NCBI GenBank assembly: GCA_964491165.1
Contig: CAZBFI010000001.1
Location: 1 to 42,786 of the forward strand
From: an uncultured Faecalibacterium sp.
Lineage (GTDB): Bacteria > Bacillota > Clostridia > Oscillospirales > Acutalibacteraceae
Length of the DNA stretch: 42,786 nucleotides
Direction: 5' to 3'
Made by a program: the position numbers and the translations under genes. The notes beneath the pieces were generated by a model that saw only the letters and a program-made list of their open reading frames with translations, was not told the DNA's origin and did no database searches. Shown in pieces: positions 35,704-42,786 of this stretch (position 1 is the stretch's first letter; each line of letters begins with the position of its first letter).

Positions 35704-37104
35704 TTATTCGTTGCTTTGCTCATGCTTGATTTTAAGAAGTCGTACATTTTCCTCGACCTGTTTTTTGTCAAGCGGATACCAGAACCATAAAATCAAGCCG
35801 AGAAGTATCAGACCTATGGCAGGAACGAGGGTGGAAATGTCAAAGATTCCGTCCTTGACCTTTTGGGTGATGTTGTCCGCATCATAGCCGATAAAGGTTA
35901 AAAGTCCACCGGAAATTCCGGAGGATGCCGCTTGACCGAGCTTTCGTGCAAAGGAATAAAGTGCATAAACCGAGCCGTCCTCTCTTATGCCGTTTTTCAG
36001 CTCGCTGTAATCAATCACATCGGTGATAAGCGCCCAACAAACCATTGAAAAGCAGCCGAGGCCTATCCATGAAACAGCTTGAAAAATCATGAAAACAATT
36101 ACGCTTTTCGGACGGACAAGGTATAAGACAAGGTTGGCAACACCTGCGAAAAGGTTTGACACAACACTTAATTCAGCCTTGCCGAAGCGCCTGGAAAGAG
36201 GCTTTGCAAAAAAGGCTGAAACGCTCATGCCCAAAAGCATCAAAACAGTTGAAGCGCTGATCATTTTCGCATTGGAATAGGTCACGGGATAAACATAATT
36301 TGCCATCTGCTGCATGGTAAGCTGAGCAAGGAGCATAACAACCGAGGCGGCAATGATTGAAATTAACGCTCTGTTTTTTGCGGCATTTTTAAGCATGGTG
36401 AAAACATTGTTATTTTCCCGTGCTTGCTTAGGGGTGACGCTGTGAACCCTTTCGGTTGTCAGTGAATAGCAAAGCAGATAGCAAACGACTGCAAGAACGG
36501 AAAAAATTCCGGCAGTGAGGGTGAAGCGTGAGCCGTCGATGACATCAATTCCGAGTGCCTTGTTGCTTTTGAAAGCGAAAAGCGGAACTCCGGCAGTGAC
36601 AAATGCACCGGCAAGCATTCCACCGAAGGTGCGAAAGGTTGAAAGCGACTGCCTGTCCGCAGGCTCAGCGGAAATTGCGGAAGCCATTGAGCCGTAAGGA
36701 ATGTTGATGGAGGTATAAAAAACAGACCCCCACAGAATATAGGTGACAAAAAGGTAAGCGGCCTTAAAGCCATAAGGAAAAGAGGCAAGCGAGCCTTGAT
36801 ACATCAAAAATGAGGAAACGGCAACGGGCAGACACATTCTTTTTATCCACGGCTTGAACTTTCCGTTTTCGGTATGAGGGCTTCTGTCACAGAGTCGTCC
36901 CATGGCAATGTCGGTGAATGAATCGACAAACCTTGCAACCATCATCACAATTCCGACAACACCTGCACTGACACCCATGATGTCGGTGTAAAACTTCATC
37001 AGAAAGCTTGAAGAAAAAAGAAAAGTGAAATCATTTCCGAAGTCACCGAAAAGATAGCCTATTTTATCCTTAATGCCGAACGGCTGTTGAGATTTGCTTT
37101 TCAT
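35704..37104 (-). CDS. GPH-family (MelB/YicJ/UidB-like) glycoside:cation symporter
   Basis: About 466 aa and 12 TM. N-terminal GPH signature KIGYLFGDFGNDFTFLFSSSFLMKFYTDIMGVSAGVVGIVMMVARFVDSFTDIAMGRLCDR. ATG 37104 is preceded by GGAAAGGA. The ORF-track start at 37125 is a TTG without an RBS. Confidence 0.85.
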   Translation of the reverse strand: MKSKSQQPFGIKDKIGYLFGDFGNDFTFLFSSSFLMKFYTDIMGVSAGVVGIVMMVARFVDSFTDIAMGRLCDRSPHTENGKFKPWIKRMCLPVAVSSFLMYQGSLASFPYGFKAAYLFVTYILWGSVFYTSINIPYGSMASAISAEPADRQSLSTFRTFGGMLAGAFVTAGVPLFAFKSNKALGIDVIDGSRFTLTAGIFSVLAVVCYLLCYSLTTERVHSVTPKQARENNNVFTMLKNAAKNRALISIIAASVVMLLAQLTMQQMANYVYPVTYSNAKMISASTVLMLLGMSVSAFFAKPLSRRFGKAELSVVSNLFAGVANLVLYLVRPKSVIVFMIFQAVSWIGLGCFSMVCWALITDVIDYSELKNGIREDGSVYALYSFARKLGQAASSGISGGLLTFIGYDADNITQKVKDGIFDISTLVPAIGLILLGLILWFWYPLDKKQVEENVRLLKIKHEQSNE

Positions 37105-37251
37105 CGTGTCAGAATCCTTTCCCAATGTTTCATGTGTTACAAAAGGAACATGAAAAAACTTGTTCGGTTATTATTTTGGGAAGAAAAGAGAAAACAATTC
37201 ACAAAAAATGAAAACAGGAGAAAAAAACTTTTTTTATGGGCTTTAAGTGTA

Positions 37252-37280
37252 TTGAGTTAAGGGTGCTTTTGTGCTATAAT
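37252..37280 (+). promoter_or_regulatory. sigmaA promoter (extended -10) of the DUF554-EamA genes
   Basis: TTGAGT (37252-37257), 17-nt spacer ending TGC, TATAAT (37275-37280). Confidence 0.6.
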
Positions 37281-37318
37281 TTTCAACAGTTTTAAAAAAG
37301 TGAAAGAGGAAAAAGAAA

Positions 37319-38035
37319 ATGACTGGCGTTCTTGTTAATGTGGCAACGGTTTTAATCGGAAGCTCAATCGGCTTAATTTTCAAAAAAGGAATTTCAAAAA
37401 AATACAGTGATGCTGTCATGATCGGCATAGGACTTTGCACTGTGCTTATCGGTGTTCAGGGAATGCTCAAGGGCGAGAATGTTCTTGTCACAATCATCTC
37501 AATGGTTCTCGGAGCGCTTGTCGGCTCTGCTGTTGACATTGACAAAAGGCTTAACAGTGTCGGAGACCTTCTTTCAAAAAAGCTTAAAGGGCTTTCCGAC
37601 GACAAAACGGGCATTGCACAGGGCTTTGTGACTGCGAGCCTGCTTTTTTGCGTCGGAGCAATGACTATTGTCGGCTCACTCAATTCCGGCTTGAAATCGG
37701 ATCACACAATGCTTTTGACAAAAAGCGTGCTTGACTTTTTTTCCTCGATGATGCTTTCGGCATCACTCGGAATCGGAGTGATGCTTGCGGCTGCTTTTGT
37801 GCTTGTTTTTCAGGGCAGTATAGTGCTTCTTGCAGGACTTCTCGAACCGATTTTAAGCACGGGAGCGATTGCCGAAATCACCTGCGTCGGCTCGCTGATG
37901 ATTCTCGCATTGGGCTTGAACTTGACGGGAATTTCAAAATTCAAGGTTGCAAATTATCTTCCTGCGTTGTTTTTTTCGCCCTTTGTTTATCTGCTTTTTG
38001 ATTTTCTCGGAAAATACATTCCCGCACTGGCTTGA
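37319..38035 (+). CDS. DUF554-family (YqgA/YdfK-like) membrane protein
   Basis: 238 aa, polytopic. The N-terminus MTGVLVNVATVLIGSSIGLIFKKGISKKYSDAVMIGIGLCTVLIGVQ...VLGALVGSAVDIDKRL matches the DUF554 pattern. Confidence 0.75.
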   Translation: MTGVLVNVATVLIGSSIGLIFKKGISKKYSDAVMIGIGLCTVLIGVQGMLKGENVLVTIISMVLGALVGSAVDIDKRLNSVGDLLSKKLKGLSDDKTGIAQGFVTASLLFCVGAMTIVGSLNSGLKSDHTMLLTKSVLDFFSSMMLSASLGIGVMLAAAFVLVFQGSIVLLAGLLEPILSTGAIAEITCVGSLMILALGLNLTGISKFKVANYLPALFFSPFVYLLFDFLGKYIPALA

Positions 38036-38076
38036 GGCGATAAAAAACAACAGTTAAAAAAAGAGGTTATTATCAC

Positions 38077-38997
38077 ATGAAACAAAACAGTAAAAATCAA
38101 CTCATCGGCTCACTTTTTCTTTTGATCTGTGCTTTTATCTGGGGCAGTGCCTTTGTCGCACAGACAACGGGAGCAGAATATGTCGGGCCGTTTACATTCA
38201 TCTGCCTTAGAAATATTCTCGGTGGACTCGTCATTATTCCCGTGGTTTTCATTTCCGACGGCATTAAGAAGAACGGAAATTATCACAAGAGTGAAAAAAA
38301 AGACAAAAAGAATCTTATTCTCGGCGGTATTTGCTGCGGCACGGCACTTTGCTTTGCCTCTGTTTTTCAGCAAGCCGGCATCGACAGGGGAACTGATCCG
38401 GGAAAGGCAGGCTTCATCACTGCACTTTATATCCTTTTGGTTCCGCTTTCGTCGATTTTCATGAAAAAGCGTGTCCGCCCGATAATCTGGCCCTGCATTC
38501 TTGCCTCGGTGGTTGCACTTTATCTGCTTTGCGTGACGCAGGATAATTCTGTTGCGTTTTCCGATTTGCTTGTGCTTATCTGTGCAGCACTTTACACGGT
38601 GCATATTCTCGTTATCGACAGGGTTTCACCCCATGTTGACGGTGTCAAGCTTTCATGTATACAGTTTTTTGTCGCAAGCTTAATAAGCTTTTTCCCTGCC
38701 GTTTTTTATGAGGGCTTCGATTTCAAGTCGATCATCGCAGCCCTGCCGTCGATTGCTTATGCCGGCATTATGTCAAGCGGGGTCGCTTATACCTTGCAGA
38801 TTCTCGGTCAGCAGAAAACAGAGCCGACCTTAGCGTCAATGATAATGAGTCTTGAAAGTGTTTTTGCCGTGCTTACATCAATGCTTGTTTTGCACCTTAC
38901 TCCCTCACCGAGAGAGGCTGTCGGCTGTGTTATCATGTTTGCGGCGATTATTGTTGCCCAGCTTCCCGAAAAAAAGAAAAAGCAATTTACAAACTGA
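38077..38997 (+). CDS. EamA/DMT-superfamily transporter
   Basis: 306 aa and about 10 TM, with two EamA-like halves (LICAFIWGSAFVAQ...; CAALYTVHILVIDRV...GVAYTLQILGQQK). Confidence 0.8.
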   Translation: MKQNSKNQLIGSLFLLICAFIWGSAFVAQTTGAEYVGPFTFICLRNILGGLVIIPVVFISDGIKKNGNYHKSEKKDKKNLILGGICCGTALCFASVFQQAGIDRGTDPGKAGFITALYILLVPLSSIFMKKRVRPIIWPCILASVVALYLLCVTQDNSVAFSDLLVLICAALYTVHILVIDRVSPHVDGVKLSCIQFFVASLISFFPAVFYEGFDFKSIIAALPSIAYAGIMSSGVAYTLQILGQQKTEPTLASMIMSLESVFAVLTSMLVLHLTPSPREAVGCVIMFAAIIVAQLPEKKKKQFTN

Positions 38998-39011
38998 AAA
39001 TAATATGATAA

Positions 39012-39047
39012 AATTAGCCGGTAGAAGCTTATCGGCTAATTTTTTTA
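39012..39047 (+). terminator. rho-independent terminator
   Basis: AATTAGCCG / CGGCTAATT 9-bp stem with a 12-nt loop, then a T7 run. Confidence 0.7.
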
Positions 39048-39063
39048 TAGGAGTAGAGAGAAA

Positions 39064-40104
39064 ATGAGCGTTGTAAAAACACTTTTTGACACCATGGCTG
39101 ACGGAACTGCCGTTCATCTTTTCACCATTGAGAACAATAACGGTGTTTCAGCAGGTATTATTACAAGAGGAGCAACTCTTCAGTCGTTTTGCTGTCCGGA
39201 CAAGGACGGAAAAATGGGTGATATAATCATGGGCTTTGACAATATTGCCGGACACATTGCCTCCACAACTTACACCGGAAACATCATCGGTCAGTATGCC
39301 AACAGACTTTGTAACGGCAAATTCAGCATTAACGGCAAGGAATATCAGGTCACACAAAACGAAAAGGGCAAAACCTGTCTGCACGGTGGCGGTGAATTTA
39401 ACAGTGCTGTCTGGGATTCAATCATCGTTGACGATAATGCCGTTGAGTTTTCTTATAAAAGTCCCGACGGAAAAGAGGGCTTTCCGGGAAACCTCGATGT
39501 CACTGTCACTTATGTTCTGACAGACAAGAACGAGCTTGAAATTCATTACCGTGCAAAGACGGACAAGGACACCTTCATCAACATGACAAACCACGCTTAT
39601 TTCAACCTCGGCACAACGGCAAACGGTGACATTCTCGACACTGAGCTGATGCTCAACTGCGATTATTACACTCCGACCGATGCCGACAGCATTCCCACCG
39701 GAGAGCTGAGAAGCGTCAAGGGTACGGCATTCGATTTCACCGAGGGAAAGAAAATCGGCAGGGATATCGGAGCAGACGATGAACAGCTTATCATGTGCAG
39801 AGGCTATGACCACAATTTCTGCGTCAACGGAGAAATCGGAAAGCTTCGCCTTGTTGCAAAGGCAAAGGACGAAAAAAGCGGAAGAAAGCTTGAGGTTTAC
39901 AGCGACCTGCCGGGTGTACAGCTTTACACGGGAAACTTTATTGACTCAACGGAAACCGGCAAGGATAACATTGTTCTTAAAAAGCATTACGGCTTCTGCC
40001 TTGAAACACAGTATTATCCCGACACACCGAATCACCCCGATTTTCCGCAGTGCTTCTTTAAAAAGGGAAGCGAATATAAGAGCCTGACAATTTTTAAGGT
40101 TTAA
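39064..40104 (+). CDS. galM: aldose 1-epimerase (galactose mutarotase)
   Basis: 346 aa. Family motifs: GFDNIAGHI...GNIIGQYANRLCNGKFSINGKEYQVTQNEKGKTCLHGG..F....W, HAYFNL, and the C-terminal FCLETQYYPD. Confidence 0.9.
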   Translation: MSVVKTLFDTMADGTAVHLFTIENNNGVSAGIITRGATLQSFCCPDKDGKMGDIIMGFDNIAGHIASTTYTGNIIGQYANRLCNGKFSINGKEYQVTQNEKGKTCLHGGGEFNSAVWDSIIVDDNAVEFSYKSPDGKEGFPGNLDVTVTYVLTDKNELEIHYRAKTDKDTFINMTNHAYFNLGTTANGDILDTELMLNCDYYTPTDADSIPTGELRSVKGTAFDFTEGKKIGRDIGADDEQLIMCRGYDHNFCVNGEIGKLRLVAKAKDEKSGRKLEVYSDLPGVQLYTGNFIDSTETGKDNIVLKKHYGFCLETQYYPDTPNHPDFPQCFFKKGSEYKSLTIFKV

Positions 40105-40112
40105 CAAACAAA

Positions 40113-40166
40113 AAAGAGATACTTTTTTCGGCAATAAGCCTCGAAAGGTATCTCTTTCATTTTTTA
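40113..40166. terminator. bidirectional hairpin between convergent galM and aroK
   Basis: AAAGAGATAC (40113-40122) / GTATCTCTTT (40148-40157) with a partly paired interior. A-rich before and T6 after, so it can serve both strands. Confidence 0.55.
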
Positions 40167-40661
40167 TCTTTGACATTCCTCAACGATTTTGTTCACACAT
40201 TCCTCAGCAGTAAGCCCCGTACAGTCAACGGTAATGTCGGCGTATTTTTTGTAATACGGCAGTCTTTCAAGGTAAAGCTCGTCGAGAGTCGTTCCCTCTT
40301 TCATTGCAACGCCCCTCGTTTTGATGTCACTGAGCCGTTTTTTGATTTCACCGATGGGAACATCAAGAAAGATGACTTTTCCGCTGCTTTTCAGCTTTTC
40401 CATTGCCCCTTGACCGAAAACGGCACTGCCACCCGTGGCAATGACGCAGTTTTCAAAGCTTTGCGAACAGATTATATCGTTTTCGGTTTCAAGAAAGCGC
40501 TCTGTTCCGTTTTCTTCAATCAGAGTGCAAAGGCTTTTTCCGGTGACCTTTTGAATGATTAAGTCGGTGTCAACAAAATCATAAAGCAAGCTCTTTGCAA
40601 GAATAACACCGATGGTGCTTTTTCCTGCACCGGGCATACCTATAAGCGTTATATTTCCCAT
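40164..40661 (-). CDS. aroK: shikimate kinase
   Basis: 165 aa from the ATG at 40661, preceded by AAGGAGG. P-loop ITLIGMPGAGKST, DTD shikimate-binding motif, ATGGSAV. The 34-aa N-terminal extension in the ORF track lacks an RBS. Confidence 0.85.
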   Translation of the reverse strand: MGNITLIGMPGAGKSTIGVILAKSLLYDFVDTDLIIQKVTGKSLCTLIEENGTERFLETENDIICSQSFENCVIATGGSAVFGQGAMEKLKSSGKVIFLDVPIGEIKKRLSDIKTRGVAMKEGTTLDELYLERLPYYKKYADITVDCTGLTAEECVNKIVEECQR

Positions 40662-40688
40662 TTTAAAGCCTCCTTTTTTACGAGTAAG

Positions 40689-40717
40689 ATAATAACACAA
40701 ATTCCGTTTTTCTTCAA
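40689..40717 (-). promoter_or_regulatory. sigmaA promoter of aroK
   Basis: Minus strand: TTGAAG (plus 40712-40717), 17-nt spacer ending TGT, TATTAT (plus 40689-40694). Confidence 0.55.
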
Positions 40718-40763
40718 GAGTGAAAAAGGTAAAGCAGAGCATCGGTAAAATCGGTATTTTCAC

Positions 40764-40793
40764 TTGACAAGAGGGGGGAAAATATATTACAAT
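40764..40793 (+). promoter_or_regulatory. sigmaA promoter of the TAXI-TRAP operon
   Basis: TTGACA (40764-40769), 18-nt spacer, TACAAT (40788-40793). The leader to the ATG at 40880 is about 85 nt. Confidence 0.55.
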
Positions 40794-40879
40794 TATAAAA
40801 ATATGAAATATCGAGTAATTATCAATAAGCCTTGCTCATATATTTCAAAAAGAAAAATCAGAAAACGGAGGAAAAAATC

Positions 40880-41908
40880 ATGAAAAAGTTTTTAGCAGTT
40901 CTTCTTGCAGCTGTCATGCTTTTCGCATTCGCAGCTTGCGGCGGAAACAATGCAACAGACGGTAACGCTTCGGGTGGTAACGCTTCGGGTGGTAATGCTT
41001 CTGGCGGAAACGCAAGCTCAGTCAAGTCGGTAACCATCGGTACAGGCGGAACATCAGGTACATATTACGGTTACGGCGGAATTCTCGGCAGTCAGATCAA
41101 GTCGTCAACAGGTATCAACGCAAATGTTGTTTCAACCGACGGCTCAAAGGCTAACATTCTCGGCATGGATGCCGGAAACTATCAGCTCGGTACAGTTCAG
41201 TCCGATGTTATGGCTTACGCTTGGGAAGGTTCACGCACATTTGAAGCTGAGGGCAAAATCGACTCATTCCGTGTAATCGGTGGTCTTTATGCAGAAGCTG
41301 TTCAGCTTGTAACAATGAATTCTTCAATCAAGAGTGTTGCAGACCTTGCAGGCAAAAAGGTTTCCATTGGTGCTTCGGGTTCAGGCGTTTACTTCAACGC
41401 TGTTGACATTCTTGCAGCAGCAGGCTTGAGCGAAAACGACATTCAGCCTCAGTATCAGTCATTTGCAGATTCGGCAGATGCTCTCAAGGACGGAAAGATT
41501 GACGCAGCATTTATCGTTGCAGGCGCTCCCACTCCCGCAATTCAGGAGCTTTTCACATCCTCAAAGGCATATCTTGTTGCTATTGACGGCGATGTTGCCG
41601 ACAACCTTATGCAGACTTCACCTTATTACACATCATATACTGTTCCCGCAGGAACTTATGACGGTCAGACAGAAGATGTTACAACCGTTACCGTTAAGGC
41701 AACTCTTATTGTAAGCGCTTCCTTGTCTGAAAATGATGTATACAACATCACAAAGGCTATTTTTGACAACGCTGAAGCAATTACGGCAGCTCACGCTAAG
41801 GGTGCAGAGCTTTCACTTGAAAACGCAACCGGCGGTATGACTGTTCCTTTCCATGCAGGCGCTGCAAAATACTTTGCCGAAAAGGGCATCACAGTTGAAT
41901 CAAAGTAA
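40880..41908 (+). CDS. TAXI-family TRAP transporter solute-binding lipoprotein
   Basis: ATG 40880 follows GGAGGA with 7-nt spacing. Lipobox MKKFLAVLLAAVMLFAFAAC-G. TAXI signature TIGTGGTSGTYYGYGG, GSKANI and LGTVQSD. Confidence 0.85.
   Translation: MKKFLAVLLAAVMLFAFAACGGNNATDGNASGGNASGGNASGGNASSVKSVTIGTGGTSGTYYGYGGILGSQIKSSTGINANVVSTDGSKANILGMDAGNYQLGTVQSDVMAYAWEGSRTFEAEGKIDSFRVIGGLYAEAVQLVTMNSSIKSVADLAGKKVSIGASGSGVYFNAVDILAAAGLSENDIQPQYQSFADSADALKDGKIDAAFIVAGAPTPAIQELFTSSKAYLVAIDGDVADNLMQTSPYYTSYTVPAGTYDGQTEDVTTVTVKATLIVSASLSENDVYNITKAIFDNAEAITAAHAKGAELSLENATGGMTVPFHAGAAKYFAEKGITVESK
40961..41020 (+). repeat. 15-nt tandem repeat x4 encoding (GNASG)n in the lipoprotein linker
   Basis: ggtaacgcttcgggt (40961-40975) is repeated exactly at 40976-40990. 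Two diverged copies follow: ggtaatgcttctggc and ggaaacgcaagctca. Confidence 0.85.
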
Positions 41909-41927
41909 TTTTGCTTGATTTCTTATC

Positions 41928-41953
41928 GGCTGCAGTCTAACAAAGCTGCAGCC
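41928..41953 (+). other. intercistronic stem-loop between the TAXI binding-protein and permease genes
   Basis: GGCTGCAG (41928-41935) / CTGCAGCC (41946-41953) with a 10-nt loop and only a weak AATTTTA tail. This is more likely an mRNA-stabilising or partial-attenuation hairpin than a full terminator. Confidence 0.4.
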
Positions 41954-41978
41954 AATTTTATATGTAGGAGGTTAAAAT

Positions 41979-42786
41979 ATGGCATTTTTGAAGAAAAAAG
42001 CCACTGTTGAACAGACACCCCCCGAAGCAATGGATCTTGACGATGTCATGAAAAAATTTGACCGTGAGTCAAATACTCGTGTTTGGGAGGGAAAACCCAA
42101 GATCGTTGTCAACACGGTTCTTGCGGCTTTTTCTGTTTTTTGCATTTATGTGACATTGTTTGCAACTTGGTTGGACGAGCTCAGACTTGCAAGCTTCATG
42201 GCATTCATCATTTTCATCGGATATATGGTCTTTCCGGCAAAAAAGGGAGTCCAAAAGGTAAACTATATGCCTTGGTACGATGTCATAATTATGCTGGTTG
42301 GCACAGGTGCGTTTTTGTATTATGCAATCAATGCCGCCGACATCGTTTCACGTTACAAGATAACCGAAATTGAGGTAGCCATCGGCATCGTCGGTATCCT
42401 TTGTCTTGCCGAGCTTTGCCGAAGAAGTGTCGGTTTACCGATACTGATTGTTGCGGCTGTTTTGTTGGTTTATGCTTTGATCTGGGGTTCAACGAATCCG
42501 AGCATGGTTGCAAGAGTTGTTGAAAACATCAGAGTTCTCTTTTATTCAAAGGAGGGCATACTCTCAACACCGGTAAATGTTTGTTCAAAATATATTGCAC
42601 TGTTCATAATTTTCGGTGCATTCCTTGAAAGAACAGGTATTGCAGATTTCTTCATCAACATTGCAAATGCACTTGTCGGCCGTTTTTCAGGTGGTCCGGC
42701 AAAGGTTGCCGTTGTTGCTTCTGCACTTGAGGGCATGGTTTCAGGCTCATCGGTTGCAAACACGGTTGGTTCGGGTGCTGTTACAA
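41979..42786 (+). CDS. TRAP transporter fused permease (TAXI-associated), 3'-truncated by the window
   Basis: Not in the ORF track because it runs off the window. ATG 41979 follows AGGAGG (41966-41971). My translation is MAFLKKKATVEQTPPEAMDLDDVMKKFDRESNTRVWEGKPKIVVNTVLAAFSVFCIYVTLF...GGPAKVAVVASALEGMVSGSSVANTVGSG. The FDRESNTR N-terminus, hydrophobic spans and GSSVANT motif are typical of this family. Confidence 0.8.
   Translation, partial: MAFLKKKATVEQTPPEAMDLDDVMKKFDRESNTRVWEGKPKIVVNTVLAAFSVFCIYVTLFATWLDELRLASFMAFIIFIGYMVFPAKKGVQKVNYMPWYDVIIMLVGTGAFLYYAINAADIVSRYKITEIEVAIGIVGILCLAELCRRSVGLPILIVAAVLLVYALIWGSTNPSMVARVVENIRVLFYSKEGILSTPVNVCSKYIALFIIFGAFLERTGIADFFINIANALVGRFSGGPAKVAVVASALEGMVSGSSVANTVGSGAVT

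Noticed and set aside
37126-37141. TGTAACACATGAAACA upstream of the symporter as a cre/CcpA or LacI-type operator.
   Set aside because: It lacks the central CG and the dyad symmetry of cre (TGWAANCGNTNWCA). It is not palindromic.
28626-40562. Nested or antisense ORFs inside the annotated genes (for example 28626-28940, 29761-30138, 31051-31347, 33825-34292, 36459-36788, 38110-38604, 39418-39813, 40170-40562).
   Set aside because: Each overlaps a longer ORF with clear family motifs. They lack an RBS and have skewed, non-protein-like composition.
29669-40879. Longer N-terminal extensions given by the ORF track: 29669 for the membrane protein, GTG 30547 for ylmC, TTG 37125 for the symporter, 40763 for aroK, 40832 for the TAXI lipoprotein.
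   Set aside because: In each case an internal ATG has a well-spaced GGAGG-like RBS. For the TAXI lipoprotein the internal start also gives a canonical lipoprotein signal, and for aroK it places the P-loop at the N-terminus.
1-42786. Search for CRISPR arrays, tRNA/rRNA genes, IS elements, integrases and phage genes.
   Set aside because: I saw no regularly spaced short direct repeats, no cloverleaf-like or rRNA-like segments, no transposase or integrase-like ORFs and no terminal inverted repeats.

Overview
This window looks like chromosome from a low-GC Gram-positive, Clostridia-like organism. The evidence is GGAGG-type ribosome-binding sites, sigmaA-type promoters, hairpin plus T-tract terminators and a YlmC/YmxH sporulation gene. 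Nt 3-27125, about 63% of the window, are the 3' 27 kb of one uninterrupted giant ORF. It shows 9,040 sense codons and is still open at the left edge, so the real gene is longer. The product is acidic, Cys-poor and apparently mostly helical. It consists entirely of at least 15 tandem mega-repeat units of about 480-750 aa. Each unit has the same ordered set of conserved blocks, plus Tyr/Thr-rich beta-like cassettes of very variable length at fixed sites and a few EF-hand-like loops. From unit 7 onward two unit subtypes (A and B) alternate, and the 9+10 and 11+12 pairs form a duplicated two-unit super-repeat of about 3.4 kb. I recognise no catalytic domain, known adhesin repeat or canonical Gram-positive anchor, so this gene is the candidate undescribed system. 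Its N-terminus, export signal and any partner genes lie upstream of the window. The remaining 15.6 kb is ordinary accessory and housekeeping DNA. It holds an SH3b/C39-like peptidase plus glycerophosphodiesterase operon, a PQ-rich membrane protein and ylmC. It also holds a glycoside-utilisation cluster: a GH3 beta-glucosidase, a GH2 gene cut by one in-frame TAA, a GPH symporter and aldose 1-epimerase. DUF554 and EamA membrane proteins, an orphan shikimate kinase and the start of a TAXI-type TRAP transporter complete it. I found no rRNA, tRNA, CRISPR array or mobile element.
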